A program made the translations under genes and the position numbers. From an uncultured Methanosarcinales archaeon (GTDB lineage: Archaea > Nanobdellota > Nanobdellia > Woesearchaeales > UBA11576), in the NCBI GenBank assembly GCA_964406185.1, contig CAYOQS010000002.1:146998-210997 (forward strand): a stretch of DNA of 64,000 bases, read 5' to 3'. Under the pieces are notes generated by a model, which ran no database searches, was not told where the DNA came from, and worked only from the letters and a program-made list of their open reading frames with translations. Shown here piece by piece: positions 11,901 through 20,888 of this stretch; position 1 is the stretch's first letter; every line of letters starts with the position of its first letter.

Positions 11901-14900
11901 ACTTTGACTACACGCCTCTCTCTCCTGTTGAGGGTGATGATGTGGATTTCGACGGCACGATCACTGCTTATGACACTCCGGTAACATGGGAGTGGGATTT
12001 CGACGGTGACGGCGTGGCTGACTCATTTGATGAGGACCCGACATGGAATTTCGCGCTTGAGGGCGACTACAATGTCACGCTCACAGCGACGGACGATGAC
12101 GGCTCCGTGACTGTCTATTGGGAAGTTGTCAGCGTGGGCAACAACGAGCCTTTCGTCAACCTGCTCGCCGACCCGCTTTCCGGACCTGAGAACATGAACG
12201 TGACGTTCAACTGCACTGTTACGAACGGGAACGATCCGCTTTCATTCTCGATGGATTACGGTGACGGCAGCTCAGGCACTGACCAGGATTCTGTGCATCA
12301 GTACACCTCTCCTGGCAGCTACGTGGCTACATGCACGGTGACTGATGCTGACGGCGATGTGGACTCTGACTTCGTGATAATCAATGTGGCGAACAACGCG
12401 CCTAATGTGACCATGACTGCTGATGATACCAACCCGACCGAGGGTCAGGTAGTTGATTTTGAGTGCGGCATCACCGGCGGTGATGAGCCTTTCAGCATAC
12501 TGGTCGATTTCGGTGACGGAACCACGACGACTGACCCCAGCGAGGATCATGCTTACGCGCTTGAGGGCATCTACACCGCGTCCTGCACCGTGACTGACGA
12601 TGACGGCGACATAGGATTCGATGATATAGAGATAAACGTCTCTAACAATGCGCCTGTCGTGAACCTGGATACCAACGTGACTTCAGGTTACGAGCCTCTG
12701 AGCGTGGAGTACAACTGCTCTGTTGGCGGCGGCAACGGGCCGTTCTCCTACCTTGTCGATTTCGGTGACGGCAGCACCAGCACTAGCGCTACAGGTACGC
12801 ATGACTATCCGACGCCTGGCGTGTATCCTATGACCTGCACGGTGACTGACACTGACGGTGATGTTGATGACGATACTGTCGGCATCCACGTGCTGGACAA
12901 CCCGCCCGTGGTTGACCTGATAGTTACGCCGTCTACCAGCGGTGTGGAAGGGGATTCTTTCCATTTCTTCTGCAACGTGACCGGCGGCAACGAGCCGTTG
13001 GGCTACGTGCTTGATTTCGGTGACGGCACGAGCACGACCAGCGATACTGCTGACCATACTTATGGTCTTGAGGGCAGCTACAATGCTACGTGCACCGTGA
13101 CTGACCTTGATGGTGATGTCGGCTTGGACGATGAGGTAATAGACATAGCGAACAACCCGCCTACTGTGAACCTGGTGGCGAACACTACCAGCGGCCTTGA
13201 GCCTTTGACAGTTAACTTCACCTGTGAAGTGGGCGGCGGCAACGAGCCTTTCAGCTATGTGGTTGATTTCGGTGATGGCACACCTTCAGTGGCTGCTGAC
13301 AACGCGGTCCATACATACCCGACAGAGGGCGACTTCGACGCTACATGTACAGTGACTGATGTTGATGGTGATGTCGGCTCTGATATTGAGCATATCGAGG
13401 TCATCAACAACCCTCCTGTGGTTGATCTTGTGGCTGTACCTATGGCAGGTCTTGAAGGTGTCAATGTCTCGTTCACCTGCAACGTGGTCGGCGGCAACGA
13501 GCCTCTGGCTTATGTCCTTGATTTCGGTGACGGCACCTCTACCACAGACTCTTCCGCATGGCATGCTTACCCGCTTGAGGGCGACTACAATGCATCCTGT
13601 CAGGTCATCGACGATGATGGGGACATCGGTGAGGACTGGGAATGGATAAACGTGTCGAACAACCCGCCTGTCGTGAATCTTGTGGTGAATGATACTGTTG
13701 GCCTTGAGCCTCTTAGTGTGAATTATACCTGTAATGTCGGCGGCGGCAATGAGCCTTTCAGCTACGTGATGGATTTCGGCGATGGAAGCCCTGTAAGCTC
13801 AAGCCCTGAAGGCACCCATGACTACCCGCTTCCGGGCATATATGATATGGAGTGCACGGTGACTGATGTTGACGGTGATGTTGACAGTGATTCTGTATCT
13901 ATAGAGGTTATCGACAACCCTCCTGTTGTGGATCTTGTCGCGACGCCTTCGGTAGGTCCTGAAGGCATCAACGTGTCTTTTGACTGCCTTGTCACTGGCG
14001 GCAATGAGCCTTTCAGCTATGTGCTTGATTTCGGTGATGGCAGTGCGTCTGTCAGCACGGATTCAGCGAGTCATGTGTACCCGCTTGAGGGATTGTACGA
14101 TGCTACGTGCACCGTGACTGATCTTGACGGCGATGTTGGCAGTGACTGGGAAGAGATAAACGTGACGAACAACGTGCCTGTCGTGAATCTGGTCACTAAT
14201 GTGACTGACGGTACGGAGCCTCTTGACGTGTTCTTCAACTGCACGCTTGTGGGCGGCGGCAATGAGCCTTTCAGCTACGCTATCGATTTTGGGGATGGTA
14301 CTCCTGTCGTGGCTTCACAGACCGCTTCGCACACATATCCGCAGAACGGTACTTATGATGCTTCATGCACCATAACCGATTCTGATGGCGATGTTAGCGT
14401 GCCTGATGTTGAGAGCATCGACGTGTATGATTCAGAGCCGGATACCCTGTTCAACTTCACTCCGTCTAGCCCGATCGAGGGTGATATGGTGTCTTTCACA
14501 GACCTATCGACTGCTTATGATGGCATAGTGGCTTGGGACTGGGATCTTGGTGACGGCAACACGTCCACGCTGCAGAACCCGTCGCACGTTTACGACCTTG
14601 AGGGCAATTACTTCGTGACGCTCTGCACCACTGATGGTGACGGCAGCTCAACATGCCACAGTGAGTGGGTCGATGTGGGCAATAACGTTCCTGTTGTTGA
14701 TGTGACTGTTGTTCCTGATTCAGGCACGGAGCCTCTTGCGGTGGCTGTGACATGTACGGTGACTTCCGGCGGCAATGCGCCTTTCACTTATAATATGATG
14801 TATGGTGACGGCGACTCTACTTCGAGCGCCAGCAGCATGCATGGTTACGACCAGGATGGCTCTTATCCTGTCACGTGCCAGGTGACTGATGTTGACGGTG

Positions 14901-17347
14901 ATGTTGGCACTGATGTCGAGACCGTGACGGTCAATGACACAGAGCCTGTAGCGGACTTTACATGGGCTCCGGCGAGCCCGAGCGCGGGTGATCCGGTCAA
15001 TTTCACCGACCTTTCCACTGCTTATGACGGCATCGCCTCATGGGCTTGGGATTTCGAGAATGACGGCGTGACTGACGACACCGGCCAGCACCCGTCCCAC
15101 GTGTTCCCTGGTGCAGGATTGTATGTTGTCAACCTGACAGTGACTGACAATGACGGCAGCACCGACTGGACCATAAGGACTGTCGCTGTTAATATCAGCA
15201 CGCCTGCTCCGGTGATCTTCAGCGTGAATGTTGAGGACATCACTAATGTCTCGGCTAATGTGACCTGGGCTACTGACCAGGCGGCTGATTCGGATGTGGA
15301 GTACGGTCCGACCATGATGTTCGGCTCGAGCGTGTCTGACCCTGCTCTTGTTTTCAGCCATGAGATGGAGCTTTCAGGCCTTACGCCTAACACCACTTAT
15401 TATTTCCTGGTGACTTCGTGCAACACGTTCGGTGACTGTACCACTGAGGGTCCTTTCAACTTCACGACCCTGCCTACCGGCGCTATTGATGTTACAGCTC
15501 CGGTGGTGAGTCTGATGGCGCCTGCTGACGGCTCTACTGACGTTGATGGTGATGTCATGATCCAGTATGGTGTGACTGATGACATGGCCTCCACACTCTC
15601 TTGCGATATCTACTCTAACACGAGCGGTGCTTGGGCTGTGGATCTTGCCGGCCAGTCCACTGCTGATGGCGGCACGAACACCCATTCGTATGTGGGCCTG
15701 CCTGACGGCAGCTATATGTGGAATGTCGGGTGCAGTGACGGCTCTAACTCTGCTTTCGCTGCTGCTGACTGGACGTTTGATGTGAACACGAGCGCTCCTG
15801 CTGACGTGACTCCTCCCATTGTCACGTTGATGGCGCCTGCTGATGGCTCTTCTGATGCTGACGGTGACGTGGTGGTGCAGTACAATGTGACTGATGACAT
15901 GGCCGCGATAATGGCTTGCGATATATACTCCAATACCAGCGGTGCTTGGGCTGTGGATCTTGCCGGCCAGCTGACTGCTGACGGCGCGAGCAACATGCAT
16001 ACTTACCTTGGCCTTGCCGATGGTGATTATGGGTGGAACGTGGTGTGCAGTGACGGTACGAACAGCGCTTCAGCTCCTGCGAACTTCACTTTTGATGTGG
16101 ATTCCAGCGTTGCTGACGTGACTCCTCCCATTGTCACGTTGATGGCGCCTGCTGACGGCTCTTCTGATGCTGATGGTAATGTGACTGTGCAGTACAACGT
16201 GACTGATGACCTTGCGGCGACGATGTCTTGTGATATCTACTCTAACACGAGCGGTGCTTGGGCTGTGGATCTTGCCGGCCAGCTGACTGCTGACGGCGCG
16301 AGCGGCTCTTTTGATTACACAGGTCTTGCTGACGGCAGCTACAGGTGGAATGTCGGGTGCAGTGACGGCTCTAACTCTGCTTTTGCTGCTGCTGACTGGA
16401 CGTTTGACGTGAACACCAGCTCTCCTGGTGGCGCTCCGGTGGTGACCGCTTCCGCAAGTCCGGCTTCAGGTGCTGTACCTCTGCTGGTGCAGTTCAACGC
16501 TTCTGTCGTGGGCGGTGATGCTCCACTCTCTTTTGATTGGGATTTCGACGGTGACGGCACGGTGGACAGCACTGCGCAGGATCCGATGCACGTATTCAAC
16601 AGCGATGGGGTGTACACTGCAACTGTCAATGTGACTGATGATGATGGTGAGTGGGACACTGACAGCGTGACCGTTTCTGTGTCTTCGACTGTCCGTGACA
16701 TAGCTGTCAACACGATCACTGACTCAAAGGTGGGCACGACCGCTTACCTGTGGGATGTTATAGATGTGACTTCAGATGTTGAGAACCAGGGCGGTGCTGA
16801 CGAGACTGTCACTGTCGAGCTTGAGGTGGACGGCGTGGTCGTTGACAGCACTTCAGTGGTTGTCGGCGCTGGTGCGACTGTGCCTGTGACTCTCAGCTAC
16901 AACGCGACTGCAGAGGGCTTCAATACTGTCGTGATGCGCGCGGTCCCTCTCGCAGGAGAGGTAGACCTTGCTGATCAGACGCAGTCTGAGAGCCTGAGGG
17001 TGTGGTCTGTGGATGACATCGTGAGCATGTCGACAAGGGAAGTTTTCCTTTCCACCAACATAGTGATCGCCGGCGGGGCTTTCAGCGTGTTCCTGCCTGT
17101 GCAGAACAGTTATGCTATCCAGGGCTTCGATGACCTGAGGACAGAGGTATGGTCTTCTGACCTTGGCGCTTTCAGCGCTGCATCGCCGGCTCCTGTGCAG
17201 TATGTGGACCTTGCTGGCGGCGCGTTCGAGCTCGTCCAGTGGGATTTCAACGCTGTGATGCCGGGCACTTATGTGATGAGCGCTGAGCTGGGCAATGGCG
17301 AGATAGACCACACGATGATCACTTCCAAGATGATCACTGTGGTCTGA
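8924..17347 (+). CDS. giant secreted surface protein: about 23 PKD-like repeats, an Fn3-like module, three ~105-aa repeats, C-terminal CARDB-like domains
   Basis: 2807-aa ORF. Signal peptide MGNKKICTFVVLAVLLSALFAVSAYA. The motif (W/I/V)DFGDG or WDFDGDG recurs about every 90 aa. SD AAGGGG lies upstream. Confidence 0.9.
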   Translation: MGNKKICTFVVLAVLLSALFAVSAYALPDNPPTCSLSSNTEDATTTAVLTSVSVDTLANAGISSIKIYEGGSRIYTKSCGYATTCVATKTVVHTTPGDHDYHAVCRDRAGQETRSGTVTVDFEGMNRPPVIDSFAPASPTTIDEDEILAISVSAHDPDGDSLSYEWRVDGVTQPGETSDSFDFERNVGGDSDSFVVAVYVRDGNGGVDVQTWTVIVNDLEPGVVLDGDDGLTECDTFAFDADIDSYDDIVMYSWDFGDGEVLNSADPADASVTHQFPEDGTYTVAVTVMDADGDTASDSMDVEVLDIAPVVDAGEDQEMVEGDTAFFHGEATMPCDADSIVSWDWDFGDGNSASGQDVDNTFTDDGTFTVILTVCDDDGSCTSDTLTVTVNDTEPAADFDYVPADPIEGDEVNFTDTSVSYDDIVSWEWDFDGDGVIDSADQDPSWTYDIEGDYTVCLTVTDEDGDADTHCETITVGNNAPEVDLVANVTAGDEPLSVHFDCIVTGGNAPFDFMIDFGDGSAPEPSGSAEHTYTDDGDYNATCTVMDADGDVDSDSGDVTVFNVVPVVDLMLNTTSGTEPLDVHADCIATDGNEPYNYSIDFGDGTVVDSDSADHTYVQDGTYEVICTVEDADGDTASDSELVDVFDTVPVIDFTWDPALPEEHDLVDFDSTIDVYDVPYDVEWDFDGDGAADDTVEDPSWTFASGGDYNVTLTVCDDDGSCTSVSHVVHVASNPPEAEIIVDPLSGTEPLDVDITCNGYDGDAPLSYEIDFGDGTAPSSASVTTHTFAQNGTYNITCTVTDIDGDMDVDWEVIDVFDTVPNVSFTYSPADPLEGETVDFDATIDVYDTPVDIVWDFGDGGSDTVEDPSHVFVDDGSYPVTMTVTDADGSVASFTEVVNVSVNAADVMLVANTTSGYEPLDVEFACAALDGNPPYTYEIDFGDGTAPASSSSASHTYVQNGTYTAVCTVTDDDGDVTNDTVVIDVLDTVPFVDFDYTPLSPVEGDDVDFDGTITAYDTPVTWEWDFDGDGVADSFDEDPTWNFALEGDYNVTLTATDDDGSVTVYWEVVSVGNNEPFVNLLADPLSGPENMNVTFNCTVTNGNDPLSFSMDYGDGSSGTDQDSVHQYTSPGSYVATCTVTDADGDVDSDFVIINVANNAPNVTMTADDTNPTEGQVVDFECGITGGDEPFSILVDFGDGTTTTDPSEDHAYALEGIYTASCTVTDDDGDIGFDDIEINVSNNAPVVNLDTNVTSGYEPLSVEYNCSVGGGNGPFSYLVDFGDGSTSTSATGTHDYPTPGVYPMTCTVTDTDGDVDDDTVGIHVLDNPPVVDLIVTPSTSGVEGDSFHFFCNVTGGNEPLGYVLDFGDGTSTTSDTADHTYGLEGSYNATCTVTDLDGDVGLDDEVIDIANNPPTVNLVANTTSGLEPLTVNFTCEVGGGNEPFSYVVDFGDGTPSVAADNAVHTYPTEGDFDATCTVTDVDGDVGSDIEHIEVINNPPVVDLVAVPMAGLEGVNVSFTCNVVGGNEPLAYVLDFGDGTSTTDSSAWHAYPLEGDYNASCQVIDDDGDIGEDWEWINVSNNPPVVNLVVNDTVGLEPLSVNYTCNVGGGNEPFSYVMDFGDGSPVSSSPEGTHDYPLPGIYDMECTVTDVDGDVDSDSVSIEVIDNPPVVDLVATPSVGPEGINVSFDCLVTGGNEPFSYVLDFGDGSASVSTDSASHVYPLEGLYDATCTVTDLDGDVGSDWEEINVTNNVPVVNLVTNVTDGTEPLDVFFNCTLVGGGNEPFSYAIDFGDGTPVVASQTASHTYPQNGTYDASCTITDSDGDVSVPDVESIDVYDSEPDTLFNFTPSSPIEGDMVSFTDLSTAYDGIVAWDWDLGDGNTSTLQNPSHVYDLEGNYFVTLCTTDGDGSSTCHSEWVDVGNNVPVVDVTVVPDSGTEPLAVAVTCTVTSGGNAPFTYNMMYGDGDSTSSASSMHGYDQDGSYPVTCQVTDVDGDVGTDVETVTVNDTEPVADFTWAPASPSAGDPVNFTDLSTAYDGIASWAWDFENDGVTDDTGQHPSHVFPGAGLYVVNLTVTDNDGSTDWTIRTVAVNISTPAPVIFSVNVEDITNVSANVTWATDQAADSDVEYGPTMMFGSSVSDPALVFSHEMELSGLTPNTTYYFLVTSCNTFGDCTTEGPFNFTTLPTGAIDVTAPVVSLMAPADGSTDVDGDVMIQYGVTDDMASTLSCDIYSNTSGAWAVDLAGQSTADGGTNTHSYVGLPDGSYMWNVGCSDGSNSAFAAADWTFDVNTSAPADVTPPIVTLMAPADGSSDADGDVVVQYNVTDDMAAIMACDIYSNTSGAWAVDLAGQLTADGASNMHTYLGLADGDYGWNVVCSDGTNSASAPANFTFDVDSSVADVTPPIVTLMAPADGSSDADGNVTVQYNVTDDLAATMSCDIYSNTSGAWAVDLAGQLTADGASGSFDYTGLADGSYRWNVGCSDGSNSAFAAADWTFDVNTSSPGGAPVVTASASPASGAVPLLVQFNASVVGGDAPLSFDWDFDGDGTVDSTAQDPMHVFNSDGVYTATVNVTDDDGEWDTDSVTVSVSSTVRDIAVNTITDSKVGTTAYLWDVIDVTSDVENQGGADETVTVELEVDGVVVDSTSVVVGAGATVPVTLSYNATAEGFNTVVMRAVPLAGEVDLADQTQSESLRVWSVDDIVSMSTREVFLSTNIVIAGGAFSVFLPVQNSYAIQGFDDLRTEVWSSDLGAFSAASPAPVQYVDLAGGAFELVQWDFNAVMPGTYVMSAELGNGEIDHTMITSKMITVV

Positions 17348-17365
17348 GCTTTGGAGGCTGAAATA

Positions 17366-17374
17366 TTTTTTTTT
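17366..17374 (+). terminator. oligo-T tract
   Basis: T9 run 19 nt after the stop of the PKD gene. Confidence 0.35.
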
Positions 17375-17443
17375 ATGTTCCACATTTTTTTTGTGAGATT
17401 TTTGTGAGATCTTTCAAAATTTTTTCAAGAGGGAAGTTTAGGC

Positions 17444-19204
17444 ATGCTTGAGGAAGCAAGACAGGAAGCAATTGTTACGCAAAGGTTAAGAAAAATGAGA
17501 TCAAGAATGATATTTCAGATCGGCATATTGGCGCTGTTTCTGGTAGCGCTGAGCAGCTTCGCTTCAGCCCAGGTATGCCAGGCCACTCTTAGTGCGCCTA
17601 CAAAGGAGGTCTATGTGGGGGATGACTTTAACGTGACCTTCTTCAACGGAGAGCTTAACTCTACAGGGGACACGCTCACTTTGGGTCTTCCTCCTGAGAT
17701 AAGTCTTGTCGCGGGTTCCAATCCTGTGTCGCCTATAGCTCCGCTGACAGCTTATTCGTGGACTGTGCAGGCGTCTTCTGCAGGGACTTTTACGATAAAC
17801 GCGAGCATAAACGGCACTGTGAACTGCACCGTGCCTTTCGACTCTGTGGTTGTCGAGGCGGTGCCCGCACCTGTTATCGTGCCTGCTGTCACGGATATAG
17901 GCACTGTCACGCTCAACCAGCCTGTCGGTGTGGAGCTGAACCTGACGAATGTCGGCGGTCTTGCTAATGACGTGGACGGTTATATCGTGACCAGCAGCGG
18001 TAGCACGCTCTCTCCGAATGACTTTTCTCACGCTTCTATAGCTAACAGCACTACTGTCAGCACTTCACACATCCTGATTCCTCTGCATTGCGGTGTGGAT
18101 TCGGTGACTGCCCATGTGCAGGACATCCATGACGCGAACGGCATCGATGTCGCTCCTGTTCAGGTGACTGACATGTTCACTGTTGTCGGGAGTGATGTGG
18201 CTTTCACGACTGTGGATTTTGACACTGGCATAGCTCAGGGTGCTGTGCAGACCTTCGCTTTCACTGTGGAGAACATCGGTTTGATGGACACAACTAACGT
18301 GGAGGTGGAGGTGCTGGTCAACGGCACTTCTGTCGGGACAGAGGATCTGGGCAGCATAGCTGTGGGCGCTTCGTCTTCAGGCAGCGTTGACTACGATACA
18401 GGAAGCCTTTTTGTAGGGACTCATGATCTTACTTTCAGGGTCAGTTCTGATATTGAGTGCTCTTCCCTGAACAATGAGGTCAGCACGACCTTTGACGTCA
18501 CGTCAGCTACAGGCCCGTTCTGCGGTGATGGCTCCTGTAATGGCGGCGAGACCTGTTCTTCATGCCCTGCTGACTGCGGCTCATGCTCGAGCGGAAGCAG
18601 CTCCGGCGGTGGCGGTGGTGGTGGCGGCGGTGGCCGTACCGGCGACACGTACATACTTGTGCTGACTGAGGATAACCCTACCAAGTCTTTGAAGCTGAAG
18701 ACAGGGGACACTGTTAAGTACAGCTACAGGGATGAGGATTATTCCTTTGTCTATAGGTATGTTTATTCTGACAGGGCGAAGATGGGTGTATCGCACCAGG
18801 CCAGCTATAAGGAATTCACCCTTATGGAGGATACCAAGCACAACCTCAACCTTGACGACAACGTAGACCTTGACCTCAGGGTTACTCCGACCGACCTTCA
18901 TGGCGGTTCAGGCAACTTCACTTTCACCCTTTTGGGCGTGGTTCCTAAGAAGCCTATAATAACGCTTCCGTTCCCGTCCAAGAAGACTGTGGAGCCTGAG
19001 AAGACCGGCGCTTCTGCTGATCTTGAGGCTGAGCCTGACGAGCCTGAGCCTGAGGAGGAGACTTACTCCGAGGGGGTGCTTGAGTTCATCGAGTCGTTGA
19101 ACGTGAAGAGCTCCGCGCCTGTCTGGGCGGGTGTAGGCCTTGCGCTGCTGATAATACTGCTCGGTCTCGGGCTTTATTTCCTTGTCGCGAGGAAAGAGGA
19201 CTGA
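17444..19204 (+). CDS. surface protein with CARDB-like Ig-fold repeats, Cys-rich CGDGSCNGGETCSSCPADCGSC motif, poly-Gly and C-terminal TM anchor
   Basis: 586-aa ORF. The likely real start is M18 (nt 17495), giving signal MRSRMIFQIGILALFLVALSSFASA. C-terminal helix WAGVGLALLIILLGLGLYFLV. Confidence 0.8.
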   Translation: MLEEARQEAIVTQRLRKMRSRMIFQIGILALFLVALSSFASAQVCQATLSAPTKEVYVGDDFNVTFFNGELNSTGDTLTLGLPPEISLVAGSNPVSPIAPLTAYSWTVQASSAGTFTINASINGTVNCTVPFDSVVVEAVPAPVIVPAVTDIGTVTLNQPVGVELNLTNVGGLANDVDGYIVTSSGSTLSPNDFSHASIANSTTVSTSHILIPLHCGVDSVTAHVQDIHDANGIDVAPVQVTDMFTVVGSDVAFTTVDFDTGIAQGAVQTFAFTVENIGLMDTTNVEVEVLVNGTSVGTEDLGSIAVGASSSGSVDYDTGSLFVGTHDLTFRVSSDIECSSLNNEVSTTFDVTSATGPFCGDGSCNGGETCSSCPADCGSCSSGSSSGGGGGGGGGGRTGDTYILVLTEDNPTKSLKLKTGDTVKYSYRDEDYSFVYRYVYSDRAKMGVSHQASYKEFTLMEDTKHNLNLDDNVDLDLRVTPTDLHGGSGNFTFTLLGVVPKKPIITLPFPSKKTVEPEKTGASADLEAEPDEPEPEEETYSEGVLEFIESLNVKSSAPVWAGVGLALLIILLGLGLYFLVARKED

Positions 19205-19264
19205 GCTCAAAATGTTTTCTTTATTTTCATCTTTTTTTCTTGATTTTTTCGTTTTTTTCATGAT

Positions 19265-20119
19265 ATGTTTTGTGATACTATGACTGGTAAGCAGGGTTCC
19301 ATCGATGACATCTTCAGGCTTCATGTCCTGGGTGTCGGAAATTATTTTTCTGAGTTATGCTCGACTGTTTCGTTTGTCCTGCAGGCGGGGGAGCGGTTCA
19401 TAATGCTCGAGGCTCCTTCTGAGATCCCGCGTAAGCTGATGGTTTATAGGGAGGCTGTGAAGGGAAGGTATCTTGGCGGCTCGCTTGAGGTGCCTGGTAT
19501 CGATTCTCTTCTGCTGGACAACATCAAGGATTTTGTCGTTACACATTCCCATGGTGATCATTCTTCAGGTCTTGAGCTTGTGGCTTGGTATAAGATGTTC
19601 AAGCAGCAGCCGTCTGTCATGGATTTTTCTGCAGGCAGGATCGTGCCGGGGAACAGGCCGAGGCTTTACGGGACTGATGCTGTGCTTTGTGACCTGAGGA
19701 GGGTGGTAGGTTCTGGTCTGTTGAGCAGCGGCATGGGCTCTGATGATTTCTTTGACTTTGTGACTGTGGATTTCGGCAAGGTGGGCAGTGTCTGCGGTGT
19801 GGAGTTCGAGCCTTTGGAGAACTATCATGGGATGAATGGTTTTGCCTGTCTGTTCAGGTACGGTGGTAGGAGCCTTGCTTATAGCGGTGACACTAAGTTC
19901 GACAACATCCTTATGGAGCACATGAGTTCTGCTGATGTGATTGTCCATGAGTGTGACGCCAGTAATTTCATCCATACATCTCCTGTTGAGCTTGCCAGGT
20001 GGGCGGATAATAACCCTGCTGCTGCGGAGAAGCTGTACGTCTGCCACTTTCCTGACCCGGGGATTCCGAGGGGTTACGGCCTGAGGCCTCTTGAGGAGAA
20101 CACTTTCATAGATATCTAG
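19265..20119 (+). CDS. MBL-fold metallo-hydrolase
   Basis: HxHxDH motif VTHSHGDHSSGL plus downstream His/Asp ligands (HECD). Start codon uncertain. Confidence 0.75.
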   Translation: MFCDTMTGKQGSIDDIFRLHVLGVGNYFSELCSTVSFVLQAGERFIMLEAPSEIPRKLMVYREAVKGRYLGGSLEVPGIDSLLLDNIKDFVVTHSHGDHSSGLELVAWYKMFKQQPSVMDFSAGRIVPGNRPRLYGTDAVLCDLRRVVGSGLLSSGMGSDDFFDFVTVDFGKVGSVCGVEFEPLENYHGMNGFACLFRYGGRSLAYSGDTKFDNILMEHMSSADVIVHECDASNFIHTSPVELARWADNNPAAAEKLYVCHFPDPGIPRGYGLRPLEENTFIDI

Positions 20120-20320
20120 ATGCATCATAGCATCATTTCTCATCGGTTCTGTTCAGGATGGTCAGGACAAGCTGCGATACTGCCAGTGCCTGGGTGGACT
20201 TTATATGCTGCTGCGCCGCTGCCGTCCTGCGAGCATATTGAGGGTATGGTTGGTCTCGATAGGTGGTGGTTTGATATTTTGTTGATAGTATTGCTGGCTC
20301 GCGACGCTGCGGCGTGGCGA

Positions 20321-20494
20321 TTATAGTGATACTCTGCCTTGCGAGTCTTTAGATTTCTTCATTTTGCTGCGTGGTGTGTTTCCGTATCTTTGATTCGGGA
20401 ACATATCGCGGTCCGCAGGAGCTCGATATCCTGGTAGTATCTTATTAGGCATGCTGTGCTGCTCGCGCTCTGGCAGTATTGTAGATGCAGACAT
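20321..20494 (-). CDS. small basic hypothetical protein (57 aa)
   Basis: Internal ATG of the 88-aa ORF, preceded by AAGGAG 8 nt upstream and a TTTATAAAT box (20536-20544). Confidence 0.4.
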   Translation of the reverse strand: MSASTILPEREQHSMPNKILPGYRAPADRDMFPNQRYGNTPRSKMKKSKDSQGRVSL

Positions 20495-20566
20495 AGATGA
20501 CTTCTCCTTTCTGGACAGAGCATTTCTCACCGTAACATTTATAAACAGCTGATGACCTTGTTTAGC

Positions 20567-20574
20567 TTTAGATA
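20567..20574 (+). promoter_or_regulatory. TATA-like box (TTTAGATA) 28 nt before the tRNA-like fragment
   Basis: Spacing resembles the TATA-to-start spacing seen at leaderless genes in this window. Confidence 0.3.
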
Positions 20575-20602
20575 GCTCCAAAACCATACTTTAGGGCTAT
20601 TT

Positions 20603-20689
20603 GGGCGCGTAGTTTAGCAAGGCTGCATCTTTTCATAAAAGCTGCACCAAAACATTATGGGATGCGCTCCCTTCGGTCGCTTACCCATA
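20603..20689 (+). other. tRNA-like 5' fragment with no T arm or 3' acceptor strand
   Basis: The first 15 nt (GGGCGCGTAGTTTAG) are identical to the tRNA-Val 5' end 123 nt downstream. GTTT...AAAC could form a D stem around an insertion. A 6-bp hairpin TATGGG/CCCATA has a 22-nt loop. No CGCGCCC partner lies before 20820. Confidence 0.4.
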
Positions 20690-20725
20690 CAAGCACATGA
20701 AAACTCAAATTTTTTTCCCAAAATA

Positions 20726-20827
20726 TGGGCGCGTAGTTTAGTGGCTACATCGATACTGGTGTGTTGGTGCCGCAGATAACATCCCGTTGACGTCGGGAAG
20801 GTCCCCGGTTCAAGTCCGGGCGCGCCC
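20726..20827 (+). tRNA. tRNA-Val(GAC) with a ~29-nt insertion in the D-arm region
   Basis: Acceptor GGGCGCG/CGCGCCC plus discriminator A. Anticodon arm TCCCG-TTGACGT-CGGGA. Variable loop AGGTC. T arm CCCGG-TTCAAGT-CCGGG. 46 nt lie between positions 9 and 27 where 17 are expected (insertion about 20747-20775). Confidence 0.8.
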
Positions 20828-20837
20828 ATTTGAGAAA

Positions 20838-20874
20838 GACAAAATTCCGGACGAGTTTACGAGTCGGGATTTTG
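20838..20874 (+). repeat. GA-motif hairpin element, copy 1 (short form)
   Basis: Helix ACAAAATTCC/GGGATTTTGT, a bulged G, then GAC/GTC, tandem G.A/A.G and a G-C pair, closed by loop TTTA. Confidence 0.6.
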
Positions 20875-20888
20875 TGTTTTCAAATGCT

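Noticed and set aside
20614-20829. ORF-track calls overlapping tRNA or repeat DNA (20614-20829 -, 44773-44976 -, 44948-45235 +, 44973-45170 -, 46030-46251 -, 51780-52130 +).
   Set aside because: They are fully explained by tRNA genes, tRNA fragments or the att-like repeats, and they have no SD or TATA.
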